Shown piece after piece: positions 38,890-53,000 of a stretch of 64,000 nucleotides of DNA (the first letter of the stretch is position 1; every line of letters starts with the position of its first letter). Source of the DNA: Blasia pusilla (Eukaryota); contig CM114271.1 in the NCBI GenBank assembly GCA_050084515.1, forward strand, positions 34,658,001 to 34,722,000, written 5' to 3'. Position numbers and translations under genes: made by a program. The notes beneath the pieces were generated by a model. That model was not told where the DNA came from. It saw nothing but the letters and a program-made list of their open reading frames with translations, and made no database searches.

Positions 38890-41800
38890 TGTCACGTCTT
38901 TTAGGATAGATCGATGAGATTTCGTAGAGCGTCTTTGCGAGTAGTGGAGGACACGCTTAGGAGGTTGAGGATGACTTGCTGAGGCCCCAGGAAATGTAAG
39001 AGAGCATGTTTCCCATTCGTTTCGGCTCATTTGGAGCCATATTGAGGAACTTAATATTTTAGGTAAGTATCATTTTGAGTATATGGTTAAATTTGTATTT
39101 TTGGTAAGTTTACCTTGACCTCCTACATCAGGTCAAGAGCCAAGGAGGTGACTTGGGAGCATAGGTTACCATGGAGAGAGCTTGGGAGAGGGGAGGGGTA
39201 TACCTCAAGGAGAGAGAGCTTGAGACCTCATTCTCTCTTTGTTGAACCTCTTGGCACGAGGCGACGAAACCATGGTCCCTTGTCTTGTGAGTGTAACCCA
39301 AGCCTCTCATTTGGAGAGTGGGTTTGGTTTGACATGGAGAGAGATATGTGAGAGTGCACACATTTGAGAGCTATGGTGTTTGAGAGAGATTGGATCTAGA
39401 TTTACAAAGAGAGAATGAGATGAGTGAGAGAGCTTCATGGGGGAGCTTGCTAGTCATTCGCTGGTTTTGTAGGTTGGGGATTGTATTTCCCATTTAACGG
39501 TTCATGGGAGTGCTCACCGAAGCCGGAGCCGGAGCCGGAGCCGCTCATTTTTTATGTTTCCTTTGCCGATTTTTCGTGTGGAAGAATGGCGCGTAGAAGC
39601 GCTGCCAAATTTTTGATAGGGATTGAGTATGGGTGCGAATTTCTCCATGTTGGTGCTCTCAAGAGCACCATGTAGCTTATTGATTTGTGTTTTCACAGGT
39701 TTTACAATTTTGTTGGGCGAAATCAGCGCGGAAGCGCTGCCAAATTTTGTGTAGGAGAAAGAGACATTGGGCTTTACGACAATCCCCTTCAGTTTTTACT
39801 GGAATGTCCGATTCAAAATATGTTTTGATATTGTTGTAGATTGTGAAGTTGTGCAGGCTGTGCAATAGACGGTGTGCAATTTGGAGTTGCAAGGAAAAAG
39901 TTGTGGTCATTCTTGCAAAACTGCCATTGCTAGGCGATTTTTAGGGTTAAATTGTTCAAACCCTAAACCAGCCGCCGCGCCGGCGTCGACTGTCGCCGTC
40001 ATAATCACTGTCAATGATCCACCATCAATGGTCAACCATTGCCATTGACGGTCAACCATCACCATCAACGGTCAACCGTCACCGTCAACGGTTCACCGTC
40101 CACCATCGGTCGCCGCCGCCGCCTACTACTTCTCAGATCCGCATTCGGCCGTTGTCCACCCTTGGTTGCCATTGCCACCATTGCGGAGTGGAGGGTCTTC
40201 CAAGATGACCGTTGATTTTCTGACTTGCGCCGCCACCACGTACTTTGTTTTGGCCGCCATCGTCATCATAGTTTCGTCATCAACCAGTGATGGCAGGTGA
40301 CCTCGGGTTATGGTGTTTGAGTTTTCATTTCACGCTGCTATGTTGTGATTGGTAGCCGCTCGATGATGATCAAGTACCATGCCGTGACACCCGTACCCGC
40401 AACGCGCCGCCGATTGCCGTGCCGTGTCGCTCGTGGCCGCACCGCACTGTCTCGATCGCGGGGCCGCTCCTTCACTAAGGAGCACAGCGTGGGAATTTCT
40501 GATTGAGTACGGTATGCCGCCGAGTGCCGCACCCCATTTTATCGAGTGCCATGCCGTTCTGTAGCCGTTTTGTGCCGCCAGTGCCGCACCGTACCGCTGG
40601 ATCCGCACCGCACATTGAGGAGGTTTGAGCAACGTCAGTATAAGAGGAGTACAACTTGCTGATTGGAGGAGTTGTCTTCACGACCAAGTTGGGGTCGAGA
40701 TTTTCAGTTACCGAGGAGCGACATTGACATTATTGTCAGGTCATCCATTCTGGTCTCTTACCCTGCACGTCTGAGGGATTTTCGGGTATTGGGAAGTTAT
40801 TTGGGTTATTGGGTTTCGTGTTGATGTTGAGAGCATCGATGATGTATGAGTTTAGGGGACATAGACCTATGTGGGATGTCCAGAATTGAGGATGGTTTGT
40901 CGATGAGATTATATATCAGTTGATTTTCTGCACCACGCCGCTTGTTGCCGCACAGCACTCGTCTCAGTGAGAGGGTGTAGCTTGAGTGCCGCATGCTAGA
41001 TTGAGTGATTGCGTGATTACTCGCGAGGTTGAGAATGATCGTGTGAGGGGGGCACGCGGGTCATCATGGCATCCTTTCAGGACTTTGAGAGGCGAGGTGG
41101 TTGACCAAAGAGTAGCTCTAGAGGGTTTACGCAGAGTGGCCTGAGGTTTGGAGGGTCTCCACGTGCGGGACCTCCTCGACCTCCTTCTGTGTCATCTTCA
41201 GACGAGGAGGAGGGCGTAGAGGAGTTGAGTAGTGCTTTGCCACTCACATTGAGTAATCCTACTCCTTGGGCATACAAGATGGACAATTGGGGTAGAGGAC
41301 CACGTAGGTTCTCACGTGCAGTAGGCATGATAGAGTTACACGACTTCATTGCGGAGTTTAGGAGTTGGTGCGACTCACAGCGGGCTAGGAACTCTAGAGA
41401 GTTCAACCTGTTTACAACATGGAACAATATGTTCCAATATTTAGAGGGGGCACCCATGGACGATTACCATGAGTTCTCCCACAGATATGCCCAAGAGATT
41501 GAGGCATGGCGACTCTACTATGACCCATATTATGTGTCATGGACGGAGCCGTTCCCAAATGAGGAGGAGGATTCAGGAGAGGCTACTTCCTCTTCCATTA
41601 GTGATGTTTTAGGAAGGGTAACTCGCATTGGAGCAATTGCTCCATCCAGTTGGGTTCGTCCTAAGTTTAACCTCGTGGTTGAGTTCTTTGTTGGGTTGAG
41701 GGCGAGCTAGCAGGAGGTACGGACGGAGAAGTTGCGGAGTATCCATGACTTCTAGAGGCGCTCGGGTGAGAGTTTGCACGAGGCTTACACTCGCTTGCGC

Positions 41801-44800
41801 GGGTTGATCAACGTCACTCAGGGGATGATAGAGACTCAGGCTATCCAGTCATGGTACGCGATGCTGGACCGGACTGTGCGGATACGGGTGCGGGAGGGGG
41901 TACTTCTTATGAACACCTCACCTACGTTGAGAAATTTTTCTAGGACTGCCGAGAACATTGAGCGCAACATGGCGGATGAGAGCGTAGCCACCATGGGTTC
42001 TAGGCGAGAGCAGTCATGATTGCCTACACCACCAGTGCAGCAACGTGGACTCTAAGATAGGTCGACTGTGGCATCACGAGCTCAGGGAGGATACCGGGAG
42101 GCCATGCCATAGAGATCTGCTTCTTCATATGCGGCTCAGCAGCAGCCGTCTACGATTACTTGTCGGTCATCAAGTGGAGCCCATCATCAGCGCGATTGCA
42201 CTCTTCAGAATCATGGACGTGTGCCTCAACATGGAGGAAGAGATGGTGGTGCACTAGGAGGTTATTAGTATGACTATTGTCAGAGGTATGGTCACACACG
42301 CGCCAAGTGTTTCAGTTTACATCCTGAGTTACATCCGGACTGAGGGCCAGAGAGGGTACGAGAGCAAGTAGCCGATCCGGGTGGGCCTAGCTAGAGGTTG
42401 TGTACCACGTGGTCCCGTTGGGGAACGAGGAGCTGGAGTTGCCCGACAAGGTGGTGGAGTTGCCCGTGGAGGAGGTAGAGTCCCACCACCTAGACGCGTC
42501 GAGGGAGACGCCACGTGTGAGGCTAGGATGGCTGCTCAGATACAATAGCTACAGGAGCAGATTACCTCTATGGCATTGAAGTTACCCGATGCCGGATCCT
42601 TGGCATCAACAACATATGGAGCAGCCAAAGATATGAAGGATCCTAGTTGGATGTGCAGGGTTGCCCAGATGGAGGCCGCCGTAGTTGTGACGTATGGAGC
42701 AACTTTAGAGTTGGATCCACAGCGAGGGGAAGCTAGGAAACAAACTAGGCTTCCTCAATCTTTCACGTTGTCTGAGGCGTTGAGGACCTCATCGATGGGT
42801 TCTGATCAGAGTTCCCGGAGAGTTGGTGATGTTATTGGTATGCAGGCACAAAGGGCAATGGGAGAAACGAGTGCGACGAGTCCTATTGCTGATGCTCAGG
42901 AGGACCATGTCTCAAGTACGATGTTGGGGACGGCCACTATGGTGTAACGTGTTGTGCTATTTTCTGCTTCCGATGTTATGACATTGGGAGGTACGCCCAC
43001 CGAGGTGTTTTGGCTGGCCGCTACGCCATGTGAGTGTGGAGTTGGAGTTCCTACATCACGTTCAGAGGTGATTGCAGAGGAGGTGATGGACCTGCCCTTC
43101 GAGCTGATTCTTGGGCCGTCCACGTCACATTCATGGCAGGCTATGGCTGCTAGGATGGCGGAGATGCCCACTAGACCCGCGATAGAGCATGCCATGGCTT
43201 CTCCTGGTGTTGTGTTGCTGGATAACTGGGTAGAGGTCTTCCAGTTGGTGAGTCCACAAGATAGAGCTTTTAGTCCGCAACGCGTCTTGTTAGATTCAGG
43301 AGCGCAAATGATGTTGGGGAAAGCGTCATTCAGAGGATTGGGCTTGAGGAGAGCCAATGTGGAGCGTTGTCCATTTCGGATATAGACATCCTTGGGTGGA
43401 GTGAGTACCACCCAGTATATCACCCGATACGAGGTCGTGGTGAGGATTCGCCGGGGACATCCTACAGATGAGTCTATGGTGCGAGCCAAGGCGATAGTGA
43501 CTGATGCAGAGTCCTACGACGTCTTTGTTGGTGGAGTAGTGTTATACCCGATGGGGTTTTCCTTGGATTATTGGGAGGAGTCAACGTCCTACACACCTGG
43601 ATGGCAATCAAGTGATGGGCGGCTTAGCTCATTACCCATTCGATTCAAAGATGCAGTGATCGAGCAACGGCCATGAGAGATGGCGACCTTAGCACCATTT
43701 AGCACTGCCATCACTTGGCCTAGTGATTTGATTGAGGGACATGTCCATTCAGAGGATACTCCCATTTGTGACATTTTTATGGAGAGGAGTGTCATGGTTG
43801 TTGCATTAGTCTGTGGAGGAGAGGTGCCGCTTTGGGGCTCGACTGAGGAGCTTCAATGCTTAGCCACTGAGCATGTGCAGACCGCGTGGAGCGAGACGTT
43901 TGCATCAGAATGTGACGGGTCAGAGGAACCCTAGGTAGCCATGAGTGCTGCTATGACCCCTTTAGATACCATCTCGATTGTGTGGTGCATCCCAGAGGAG
44001 GGTATTCGGGTGTTGGATCTCTTTGGAGGGATCAATACTGGGTTAGCTGTTGTTTTGCAGGCTAGAGTGGGCGTGCAACAGTTCCTGTATGTGGAGATTG
44101 ATGATGTTGCGAGGCGCACTTCACTTCACCATGTGGCGTAGTTACGCCTTTTTTTTTCCCGACTTGTTGTTTGCGTCCGCCATTGGGGATTACCGGAGTT
44201 CCCTACCAAGGGACATTTCATTGTTGGGGGCGTAGGATTTGGAGCGGGTAGGAACCATATATTTGGTCATTTTTGTTGGCTGTGTTAGGGGCAATCGAGT
44301 ATTGGACGAGGTAGCGGGTTGGTTGTCACTCAATCTAGGTTGTTTTGGGAGATGATGCGGATCTTGCAACACTTGCAAGAGCATAAGTCCTGTTCTCCAG
44401 CATACATTCTGGAGAATGTGCCGATTTTGGGCAATTCGAGGTCCCGCGTGGTGACGAGTGCACATTAGGTATGCGCATGGATCGGCCTGGCAGTGTTGTT
44501 AGATGCGGCGATTGTAGGGTCTAGAGCACACCGCCCGCGTCTTTGGTGGACCAATTTGGTACCACACGAGGTGTTGCGGAGGGTATATGCAAGAGTGGAG
44601 CGCCCCTCCGATTTGTTGGTGGATTCTATATTGGATCCGGTCCATCAATCATAGGCAGTGAGGCACGATGATCGATTGCCATTGACTATGGTCAACAGGA
44701 TTGGCATGCCATGGGCAGCCTTTCCCACATTGCTGAGCTTTCTCGCTTCCTATCCATTCAAGGCGGCCGGACCTGACTTGGTTTGGGATGACCAAGTACA

Positions 44801-46025
44801 GAGGTTGGTGGAGCCCAACGCCGATGAGCGAGAGCGAGCGATGGGATTCCCCACAGGAGTGACGACAATACAGTCACTATCAAAGGCATCTTGACGTCAT
44901 GTCTTCGGTCAGGCGATGGACCAGAATTGCTTGATGTGGATTTTCAGCTTAGGAGTAGCTGAGCAATGTTGTTTGAGGATGCAACAGATCACAGCATTTG
45001 CGTTGGTGAGCCCCATGCCTACCGATTGAGACAGTTGAGGCAATGGTTGGGGGCGAGACCTAAGGAGATTGACACACCAAGGATGATTGGGAGAGACACC
45101 CTTGGACTTCTTGGGATGTTTTGCAGGTACGTTAGAAGATGGTAGCCACAACATCGAGCGTGGTTCCGGGTACTCCAAATGGAGATCCGATTTTGTAGTT
45201 GGCTGTAGGGGAGCAATCGAGTTTTGTTGTTCGAGACGGGGTTGCACCATAGCAACCACCGACACCCGCGCTGTTATAGGAGCTATTTTGCATTTAGTAT
45301 GCATGATCTGGGTACGCTAAAGGGTCCAGGGATCCGCATTGAATTGTCGAGTGACACGCCGATCTTCCGACGATCCTATAGGTACAGTGACATGGAGAGG
45401 GCTTTGATTCAGAGTAGGAGCCAACACTTGGTTGGAGTAGGACTAGTGGAGATGTCGCATGGAGAGTATGCCACTGTCATGCCCGCCAAGAAGGATGTGC
45501 ATGGCAACTAGACGGATAAGTGGATGTGTGGAGATTATTGACCTATCAATTGGTAGACGAAGTCCGATAGGTATGCCATGCCCACCCCTGAGGATATCTT
45601 TAATGCTATTGGGCATGCAAAGGTTTTCAGTTTGTTGGATCTTCGAGCCGTATACCATCAACTGCCCATCAGATTGGAGGACGGGCAGAAGACGGCATTT
45701 TGGGGCATCGATCCTCACGGGAAAGATTGTTTGTACGAATGGTGGTTCTTACCATTTTTGGGTTAAAGAATGCCCCGGATGAGTTTCAGCATAAGATCTT
45801 GGCAAAGGGTCATGGATAGGATCTTGGCAGGTCTAGATTTTGCTAGGTGTTATATTGATGACATCGTAGTCTTTAGCGCCATGGTTGAGGAGCATGAGCA
45901 GTATCTAGAGGAGGTGTTTCGATGATTGCAGTTTCATGGACTAAAGCTACATCCAAGCAAGTGCAAGTTTTTCTACGACCAGATTGAGTACTTAGGTCAT
46001 ACGATATACCCAGAGGGCCTTGGGT
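38890..46025 (+). mobile_element. Ty3/Gypsy-type methyltransferase retroelement, copy 2 (3'-truncated within RT)
   Basis: Starts TGTCACG, with repeat A at 38890-39404 and the same leader as copy 1. Gag at 41189-42560 includes a degenerate zinc knuckle, (C>Y)DYCQRYGHTRAKC, at ~42270-42310. PR VLLDSGA, MTase 44000-44950, RT YIDD at 45851-45862. Homology stops at ~46025. Confidence 0.9.
44000..44950 (+). pseudogene. DNMT3-like C5 methyltransferase domain (copy 2)
   Basis: IRVLDLFGGINTGLAVVLQARVGVQQFLYVEID; YILENV; LDAAIVGSRAHRPRLWWTNL; ERERAMGFPTG; RHVFGQAM. The PC motif region is degraded by indels. Confidence 0.88.
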
Positions 46026-48675
46026 ATATCATTTTCCCTTCTTGTCAAATATGAATTAAGGCACGAATCCTAATTTTTTGGTTATTTTCTAGAATTCTCC
46101 CATCTTATTATCACTTACGATCACGTATTATAATCAAAATTAATTAAATTAGTATTTATTAATTTATTAATTAAATTCCACCCAAATTTTTTCTTTCTAC
46201 CCATCTAATATGACTCAAATAAAAAAAATCAATTTTGACTTACTATTCCACTATTTTGTCATATTTTACTTGTAGGGTCGCCCATTACAATATATATTTC
46301 GCCGAAAGATACAAAGAAGCATCCCATGAATCGTTATAGTAAATCAAATCCGCCAATGTAGGCATTAACATTTACTCACATATTGAAGTGTTGTTGTGAG
46401 GACTCAAACTAGGCCAAATATCTATCTATAACAATTGTAGACCACTCTTCAAGAACAACAACTACAAACAAAAGATCGATAGGGTGACTCAAATCTACCT
46501 TTGCATGTTAAAACAATTTCGCCCGGAGACCCCATAATGCATCCCATGAATTGTTCTATTAATTCAATTCCACCAATGATATTATACTCAAATATGAGTA
46601 TTGACACTATACTCAAATATTGGAAGTGTCATTGTGAGGACTCATTTGAGGCCAGATACCTATCTATAACTATTGTAGATCACTTTTCCGTCAAATATCG
46701 ACTCAACTCCTCACTTCCCAACACAAGCAGGTCCTTCAAGACTTGGGATAGACTTCCTTGATAGTCTAGGAATCTAAAATGGTGCTAGTACGCATAGTGG
46801 TCCCAACTACCCAATAGACCTCGAAGAAGTCTCTAATCGAGACTCAATATTTGAGTGACCGATCAAGGTCCAATGTTAGTGACATAACTAGCCCACATGG
46901 ACTTGGCTTGGTGTGCATCCCTGAAGCTAATCTCTCTATTCATCTCTTGCTTTTGGTTCATCCCCCACATGGTTCTCCAAGGTGGGATTGAGGTTCCAAA
47001 CATCTTGGAAGATCCTCCCCCTTTTTATATAGTTCTAGACATCCCCACCTCCTCCCTGCCTTTAGGAAAATCCTCTTGGGCCACTCCTTGTGGCCTCAAC
47101 CCAACTATCATTCAGATAGTTTTGGATGGTGTCTAGATCTCTACTCATGCATTTTTCTAGATCTTTCATGTTTTGGAATCGTTCTCTCACAAACTTTCCA
47201 ACTCACCCTAGACTTGGAACTTGATTTTGCATTTGAGGATTCTTGATATTAAAGTCATAATGGCTAGATCCAAGATGCATTTGGGATGCCCCGTGATCGG
47301 TCTCCTCAATATGGGCGTAGACGTCAATCTGTCCTTGAACAACTAAAATGCTCTCTCATGCTCATCCTCCTAGTGCCACTCCTGACCCACCTTGGTCAAC
47401 AAGAGTAGCGGCTTAGCAACGAGTAGATGTTGTTTAAATTTTATGGAAGGGTAAAATTATTTAGGGGATTGGGATATCATTTAAATTTCAATTGAAGAGT
47501 CGAATGTTATTACACTTCTAAGGTTAAAGAACATAGAAATTTTATTTAAATCTTGAAATTAATAATATGATTATTTTTAAACTAATCATGATACTTCATG
47601 TATGATATTTAGTGAAAGGAAAATAAATTTGAATGGAAAATAAAAATAATTTCATAAATCAAAATGAACTAAAAATTTAATTAATGAATTTTATTTTGGT
47701 GAGGAAAATGGAAGATATTTTTCTAACTTTTACGGTGGAAGGAAATTATGTAGAGGAGTTGGGTATTAATTAAAAATTTTAAAAATTTTTAAATTTTTTT
47801 TGAAAATTATTAAAAAAATTTAAAATTTAAAAATTCACGGCCACTACATGTCAGAGTGGTTTGATGTCCCTCTTCCTTGTGGGTCTACCTCATTTTTTCT
47901 TATGAGCTCACTGCGGGTATTCAGGTGTCCATAGATGTGGCGTGTACGTTGGTTAGCCGTTCAATGTTAGATCTCTCACCTGACCTATTTCGTGTTTGAC
48001 ACATTTGGAGGCTATCCATCTTGACCGCCTGACGCGACATAATGTAAATTGAAGCTCCAAGTCTTTCCTTGGTTCTTGTTAGTCTACATTCGTGTCGACC
48101 TGGGTTATGGAGCATGCCACAATTGTCGAGGTCTGCTATGGAGTGTGCTACAATTGCTACCCATATCACACTCACCTCTCTTTTTCCATCTCGCATTCAA
48201 AATTCCAGTGTAACGGTGATCTACCTATAGTGCTACTACTTCCGACCTACTTCGGCTGGTTCTTCTTATTTTGGTACGCTCTAGTTCAAGGATTTTCTGT
48301 AATTTTTAGTCTTTTTCTTCTCCTTTTTCCTTATGCACTAACGTAGCCTACATGTGCATTCGTCTTTGGCAGTTTCAAGCGCACTACACATTCATTCTCG
48401 TCCTTGTTCTCTCACAGGTACCAATAGATCCTCAAATTTTATCCATGAAGCTTCACTTCTTTTTAGTTTGTGCTATAAGTCCACAAGTTTGGAACCCTCA
48501 AATAGGGACTTAGAACCTAGCAACAAGGATTTTTTGAATGACGCATAAGTTGTTGAGAGTTCTATGTATGCACTACGTGGTCTGGAGGTAAGTGTTGTTG
48601 CAATTTTGGATGACTAGAGAGGAAGAGGAATTGGGACATAACGACACATAATTTTAGAATCGGTCCCTCATTTAC

Positions 48676-49003
48676 CTGGTAGGGACGGATGTGCTTTCTG
48701 AAGGATCCGATGGGTGTAACGAATTGTGTGTGACTCAGGACCTACCAAGAATTGTTAGGAAACTCCCACCTTCGACCCTGCTCCACAATGCAAACCTTCA
48801 ATCCAGCTTGCGACACCTACATGCAGCTACTTTTCCTTCGTACCAGAACCCACTATGATTGCATCGTACCCACGGCCGCCACGGAATGTGCCAACTCTGC
48901 CACCATTACGATTCCTGCCCGCGCCAGTACCAAACTGATCGCTCATGTCTTTGGGTAGGCAATCCGCATTATCATTGACGACGGCCTCCCATAGAGATGC
49001 CAT
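48676..49003 (-). pseudogene. Fragment (first exon) of a GMC/cholesterol-oxidase-like flavoprotein gene
   Basis: Correcting two 1-bp deletions gives YDAIIVGSGYEGKVAACRLSQAGLKVCIVEQGRRWE-FPNNSW, an FAD-binding Rossmann motif. It ends in CAG|GTAAAT. No downstream exons of this gene are visible. Confidence 0.7.
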
Positions 49004-49549
49004 AGAACCCACTGCGGCCTGCCTGCTCGAATCGAGTTTTGAAGGTCTTCAACTACTTGACCAAGTCTCAACCTGAGAGCCCGATTGATAGGACTGCAGG
49101 GAAGATCGCATTGGGAAGAATTGGACGGCCTTTCATATCAATTTTAGCTTAACAGATTTGGCAAGATCATGTGTGCACAATCTTAGGATTTGCCACCCTC
49201 TCCACAAAGAGCGTTGGTCTCTTCATGGGAAGAAGTTTTCTACTTTTGTACTTTTCCTCATCAATCGACTCCAATTTTAAAACCAATAGACTTCTAGTCC
49301 TCAATCGCAAGACTAAGCTCCACTACGTTCATTGGTGTTTTGTGCAATATCCTTTTGGATCAGCTGAACTTGCTCCACAAAGCTCATCTCCCTCATTGCA
49401 TCTCTCCGCAGACGTAAGAATTTTCTTAACACAATACGATTGCACAACCAAAGGATCAAAGCTAAACATAAACCATTATAAACTCAAAGCTTTTATGCAA
49501 GCCTATGTGCTACCACTAGGGATCTGCAGATCAGCTATTCCTAAAATGG

Positions 49550-52500
49550 GTGAAAATATGTAGCTCATTTATAGTCCATATGCAATGTTGTGGATATTGT
49601 GGCTTTATTATGTATTCAAAACCCTGCAACAGAATGTGTACAGTCACGTCACCTGCCTACCCTCCCTATGTGCTCTGCAATGGTTTCTTAGTTCCATATA
49701 TAATACCAAAGCCTGGAGACTTATATGCCTGTGACCTTTGCACATCAGATCATCCAAGAACCACTTTAAACGTTTATATGACACTTGCATATATTCGTAC
49801 CTTATTGGCACCTAATCCCCTCCATTTACAACTACTAGAAATTTTTTATTGCAAAATTGGAATAGTAGTCAAGTTGAATGGATTCCATAAGGGATTCTTT
49901 AACCCTACTTCACTTTTAGACTCACCATTGCTTGCCTGGAATATGACCATCCCAAATCCAAAACAAGTTCACAGTATCATAGAAAGTGTCAACCAAGTGT
50001 TGCTCACAAACTTGATGGTTAACGAGTTGTACACAGATTATAAATGTCTACTTGAGTTTCCAAACCCATCTGCAGGTTTGGTTGTTCTTCTAGGTAGTGC
50101 TGTAAGTAAAATTCTAGCTTAAGCTCAGTCAAAAGGCCAGGTTACACATAATATGTCATACAACCCATATCAATCAGAACTAAACATCCTTGAAGACGTT
50201 ACCTATCATCTACTTGTAAGAAAACGTCAATCATGTGACATATTTGATAATGGTTCTCTATTCTTTAGAAAAGAAGCTAATACCAGAGAACACTTCCTCA
50301 CGAGTTCAACAAGAGTATCTCTAGATAAGAGACTCACAATAGAAACTGGTATTTTTCCCTTTCTCTTCCCTTATCTTCGTGGATTTTTCACCGGTAAGGA
50401 GTCTTTTGCTGATTACATGCGTACTAGATCCAAACAATTATTCAGTCTCTTCTCCTTGTATAAGCCCTACTCTCTAGTTATGTATCAGCTCCGTTAGTCC
50501 ATTTCAATTTGCTCTTCATTTCGTTCATTCATTCTCAATAGAGACCTAGACAAACTAAGAAAAGCTAAGCCTTTCCTTACGGAAGAAGACCTCTATCACC
50601 AACTATCAAAGCGCTCCCTAGATATAGACATAGAATCTACACGTTGTCTTGGTCTGGAAGGCTTGTATGAAGTTAGGTTGAAGTTAGTCTCTGGGTTGTT
50701 TTGAAACGTTCTATCTCTACAACAGAACCTTCACTACCATCTATGAAAATACCAATCATTTCTAGATCATAATCTATCAAATTCATTGATTCCAGCGCAC
50801 CATCACCTCGTACATCATTCTATAAAAACACCTCAGTACCATATATACATCCAATTGTACTTTACTGCAATAGACCACCTTGCCTTGAATCTCTAACATT
50901 CATGCAGTACCGGTCACAACACCAAATTTTCAAGTCTTGTCCAAAGAAATTCCAGCCATTAGTTGTTGGTATCGATTCTTTAGGAAACTCCGTATGCTCC
51001 TCATGCAGGGTAGGCAGGTTTATGGAGTCTCATCCGCTTCATCAGTGGAATGAATTTTTCTACAATATTCTACTCCAAAATGTTTCATTCAGATCTGAAG
51101 ATACACTAGAGTCATCTTCCTCAACTCAATGGACCTATCTAAATGAATGCCTGTTCCGGAATATTATTTCAGACATACCTTCAGTAGAGAAAAATATTGA
51201 AAATCATGCAACACAACATTTGTGGAGTAAGACCCATACAGCTAAGATGCTATCCAAGTTATATTATAGACATTTTAGGCCCCCTTCTACAAACTAATCT
51301 TCATGCTCTCCTAGCTAATCCAATGCCTCCACAAGATACTCCTACCACAAATCTTACAATTAATAATGATGGTCCTGATATACAATTGCTCAATGATGAG
51401 CAACTACAACTATTCTATAAAATAAAAGATAAAAAAACTGGTCTTGTACTTCTTCAGGGTTCTCTTGGTTCACGTAAAACATTTTTCATTAACTTCATGT
51501 GTACTTATTGGAAGTCTAGGTCCTACTCCTTGCGTTTGGCAGCAACTATTGGAGTTGCAACAAGACGTCTACATTTAGATGCCACCACTGTCCACTCTGC
51601 CTTCTGTATTCCAATCAAAGGTGAGGTACCCAACATGCATGCAACATCATTTGTCAGCACCCGACTGAGAGATGCCAATATAATCATAATTGATGAGTGT
51701 TCCATGCTAACACCCAACATTCTCCAAATAATATGTATGCGCCTAAATCAATCCTCTTCATCATACTATCATGATCTATTTAGTCAAAGGCTGCTAGTCC
51801 TTGTAGGTGATATGGCCCAACTTCCACCAGTGTGCAAACATAAGACACATGGTCTCTGTGCACTCTGTCACCTATTCTCATCTCCTATACTTAGTCATGC
51901 TGAAAATTTTCAACTTTCTACTCCTGTAAGACATTCAAGTGATCTTGATTACCTACATTTTATTTCCAGTATAAGACATGCATTTCCTACTTCTACATCC
52001 ATACAAGAATGTTTAAAAGACGGCTTTGTGACAAAAAATGAAGCTGTAGACTTTCTCACGGAAAGTACCACGATTATTTGCTCACATCGTTTTGATGTTC
52101 ACCTATTTGATACTATCAGCCTATAATGTTTCTTTGGTTCTGCTTCTATAGTCCCACTATATGTACACACGGATGCACACTCCATACCAGAGCTAACTAC
52201 CTCGAGTGAAGACAAAGACTTCCACCAGCTTCCGTTTGTTGCCCTAGGCTGTTCTGTTATGCTCACAAGTAATGTGAACCTAAAGCTTCATGCTGCAAAT
52301 GGATCTCACGGTGTAGTTATTGCTTTGAATTACAAACACCAATCGCTCATGTCCATTTCAGTCAAGATAAATACCTCAGGTTGGTCATTGAAAAGTGCAA
52401 GGACAAACTTCTCAACTGTCAAGTATGGTTCTACAACTAAGTTATACAAGAAATCCTTTCCTCTCACATTAGATTATGCCATAATAGGCCATAAGAGCCA

Positions 52501-53000
52501 AGACCTAACTGTACCTGGTAAGTTCTTGCTAGTTATTAAATCAGCATTTGCTTCACGATTAGTTTATGTGATGTTGTCAGGTGCTTGTAATCGTCAAAAT
52601 CTAAGGATTCTTGGCAAGGTTGCATGTGGACAAAGTCCGTGTCCGTGAACATGTCCATGTCCGTGGACTTATGTTCGTCCTATGTAAGGACTTGTGCGAT
52701 GGGCCCCACCTTTCTCTTCTTTCTCATTCCCCTTACTTGCCTTGGTGTTCCATACTCCCCCACTTCTTCTTCCCTCCACCTCCACTCCCTCCTCCCTCAT
52801 TGTTCCTCTTATCCTTGCCTTGCCTTCCATCATGGACTAAAAATGTGGGTTCCACCTCTTGGAACCCATGTCCGTGGACATTTGTAGACTTGTCCGTCCA
52901 TGTCCGTCCTAAGGAAGGACTTGTCCGTTTTTTATGCAACCATGATTCTTGGAGAAATTAGCCCCCACGATTTCTGTACATTTTGGACAAGCTAAGTAGA
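49550..53000 (+). mobile_element. Decayed Helitron RepHel coding region (PIF1-family helicase; Rep/HUH core apparently deleted)
   Basis: N-terminal CxxC motifs; IFPFLFPYLRG; EFFYNILLQNVSFRSE; helicase motifs LLQGSLGSRKTF, IIIDECSML, GDMAQLPPV, FPLTLDYAIIGHKSQ and VYVMLSG. Stops and frameshifts present. Element termini not securely located. Confidence 0.85.
52615..52944 (+). mobile_element. hAT-type MITE inserted in the Helitron helicase C-terminus
   Basis: TIRs CAAGGTTGCAT / ATGCAACCATG. Perfect 8-bp TSD ATTCTTGG at 52607-52614 and 52945-52952. Confidence 0.9.

Noticed and set aside
46270-47430. ~220-bp imperfect duplication and LTR-like sequence after the truncated copy 2
   Set aside because: No similarity to A or B was seen and no ends could be defined, so it is not the missing 3' end of copy 2.
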